DNA from: Candidatus Micrarchaeota archaeon
GTDB taxonomy: Archaea > Micrarchaeota > Micrarchaeia > Micrarchaeales > CABMGC01
Length of the DNA: 64,000 nt
Assembly: GCA_028867135.1 (NCBI GenBank)
Contig: JAGWGW010000001.1
Span: forward strand, 53,598 to 117,597
Direction: 5' to 3'
The notes under the pieces were generated by a model. The model worked only from the letters and a program-made list of their open reading frames with translations, was not told where the DNA came from and ran no database searches. The position numbers and the translations under genes were made by a program. Position 1 is the first letter of the stretch. Every line of letters starts with the position of its first letter. Shown in pieces: positions 63,033-64,000 of this stretch.

Positions 63033-64000
63033 ATGGAAGAAGGCCCTTACAGCCTTTTCTTAAATAGGTTCGGCAGTTTTACCGATATCCAAAAACGAGC
63101 CATGGAGCTCGTTGAGGTTGGTAGGCACTGCCTTATCATGGCGCCCACTGGGAGCGGCAAGACAGAGGCAGCGGTGCTGCCGGTCCTGAAGAACATGAAG
63201 GAGCGCGGCTGGAAGGGCATCGCTGTTATTTACATAACCCCGCTGAGGGCCTTGAACAGGGACCTTATCTCGAGGCTGGAGTGGATATGCAGCGCCTCTG
63301 GGATAACGGTCGGCGTAAGGCACGGGGACACTGAGCAGAAGGAGAGGAGGATGCAGGCGGAAAGGCCGCCGCAGATACTGATAACGACTCCGGAGACGTT
63401 GCAGAACCTCTTCCTGTCGCAGAGGCTGAGGAGCAGCCTGCCCAACGTTAAGGCTGTCATAGTGGACGAGGTCCATGAGCTTTATCCAAACAAACGGGGT
63501 GCGCAGCTCTCCATAGCGCTTGAAAGGGTCAGGGAGCTCAGTGGGAATTTCCAGAGGATAGGGATCAGCGCGACGGTAGGCAACGTCGCTGAAGTAGGGA
63601 GGTTCCTCTTTGCGGCTGAGCATTATTCCATAGCAAAATCTGCCAATGTCAAGAAGATAAGCGTCAATATAGAGATGCCCGACAAACCGCTGATGAATGA
63701 CCCTGAATTCGCCAAGGTATTCAGCCTGGACAGGCCTGCGCTTGCAAGGTTGGAGAGGATGGCTGAGCTAATCAGCGGCGCTGAGGAGACGCTGGTCTTT
63801 GGCAACACCAGGCAGGTTGTGGAATCGTTGGGCAGCAAGCTACTCTATTATGAGAAACTGCACCCTTTCGGCTCCATAGGCGTGCACCACAGCTCGATAG
63901 ACAGGCATGAGCGAGTGCTGGTGGAGAAGCAGTTCAAGGAGAAGAGGATAAAGAGCCTTATCGCAACTAGCTCGCTCGAGCTTGGCATAGACATTGGCAG
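63033..64000 (+). CDS. lhr: Lhr-like DEAD/DEAH-box helicase (5' part; runs off the window)
   Basis: Own translation: FTDIQKRA, MAPTGSGKTEAA, YITPLRALNRD, TTPETL, VDEVHE, and SATVGN...SSLELGIDIG at the window edge. It is not in the ORF track because no stop falls inside the window. SD AGGAG is upstream. Confidence 0.88.
   Translation, partial: MEEGPYSLFLNRFGSFTDIQKRAMELVEVGRHCLIMAPTGSGKTEAAVLPVLKNMKERGWKGIAVIYITPLRALNRDLISRLEWICSASGITVGVRHGDTEQKERRMQAERPPQILITTPETLQNLFLSQRLRSSLPNVKAVIVDEVHELYPNKRGAQLSIALERVRELSGNFQRIGISATVGNVAEVGRFLFAAEHYSIAKSANVKKISVNIEMPDKPLMNDPEFAKVFSLDRPALARLERMAELISGAEETLVFGNTRQVVESLGSKLLYYEKLHPFGSIGVHHSSIDRHERVLVEKQFKEKRIKSLIATSSLELGIDIG

Noticed and set aside
63060-63623. 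187-aa minus-strand ORF (and 63230-63460, 63623-63838) near the window end.
   Set aside because: The plus strand from 63033 encodes a clear Lhr-type helicase (GSGKT, DEVHE, SAT motifs). It is missing from the ORF track only because it has no stop within the window.
1-64000. CRISPR arrays, IS elements/transposases, integrases, prophage or toxin-antitoxin modules, and rRNA genes.
   Set aside because: Reading both strands, I found no regularly spaced direct repeats, terminal inverted repeats, DDE or tyrosine-recombinase motifs, or rRNA-like segments. The only dispersed repeats are the conserved modules of the four pilin-LamG paralogs and the shared T-arm sequence of the three tRNAs.

Overview
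The window is a very compact archaeal chromosomal segment. By my calls it holds about 70 protein genes and 3 tRNAs. Intergenic gaps are mostly under 150 nt, and many neighbouring genes overlap by 1-4 nt at ATGA or TGATG junctions.

Content is dominated by the archaeal information-processing core:
- Replication: family-B DNA polymerase, PolD DP1 and DP2, Orc1/Cdc6, an OB-fold SSB, and a partial Lhr helicase.
- RNA processing: the psmA-SBDS-Rrp4-Rrp41-Rrp42-L37Ae-RpoP exosome superoperon, RNase P proteins Pop5 and Rpp30, and prefoldin beta.
- Translation and secretion: SecY, the adk-DUF106-L34e-cmk-L14e block, thermosome, HisRS and thioredoxin.
- Glycosylation: AglB plus a GT4 glycosyltransferase.

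Metabolic islands:
- A thymidylate/dNTP neighbourhood: ThyX-like protein, GlyA, DNPH1-like protein and NrdR.
- An aspartokinase + Asd pair convergent with carboxy(nor)spermidine dehydrogenase and decarboxylase.
- ADP-forming acetyl-CoA synthetase.
- An anion-type ABC transporter.

I recognised no rRNA, CRISPR array, transposase, integrase or prophage.

Most noteworthy observations:
1. Four dispersed paralogs of a type-IV-pilin-like (class III signal peptide) LamG-domain protein. Their N- and C-termini are nearly identical and their cores are divergent. The C-terminal tail looks like the displaced leading strand of a LamG domain. Nucleotide identity between copies is mosaic, which suggests gene conversion.
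2. Two of the three tRNA genes carry insertions (about 28 nt and about 13 nt) at the same place in the T-loop. These are presumably non-canonical introns.

Gene compaction, T-loop tRNA introns and the pilin-LamG family together suggest a small-genome DPANN-type archaeon, possibly Micrarchaeota-like. This is inference only. All family assignments come from motif recognition by eye, not from database searches.
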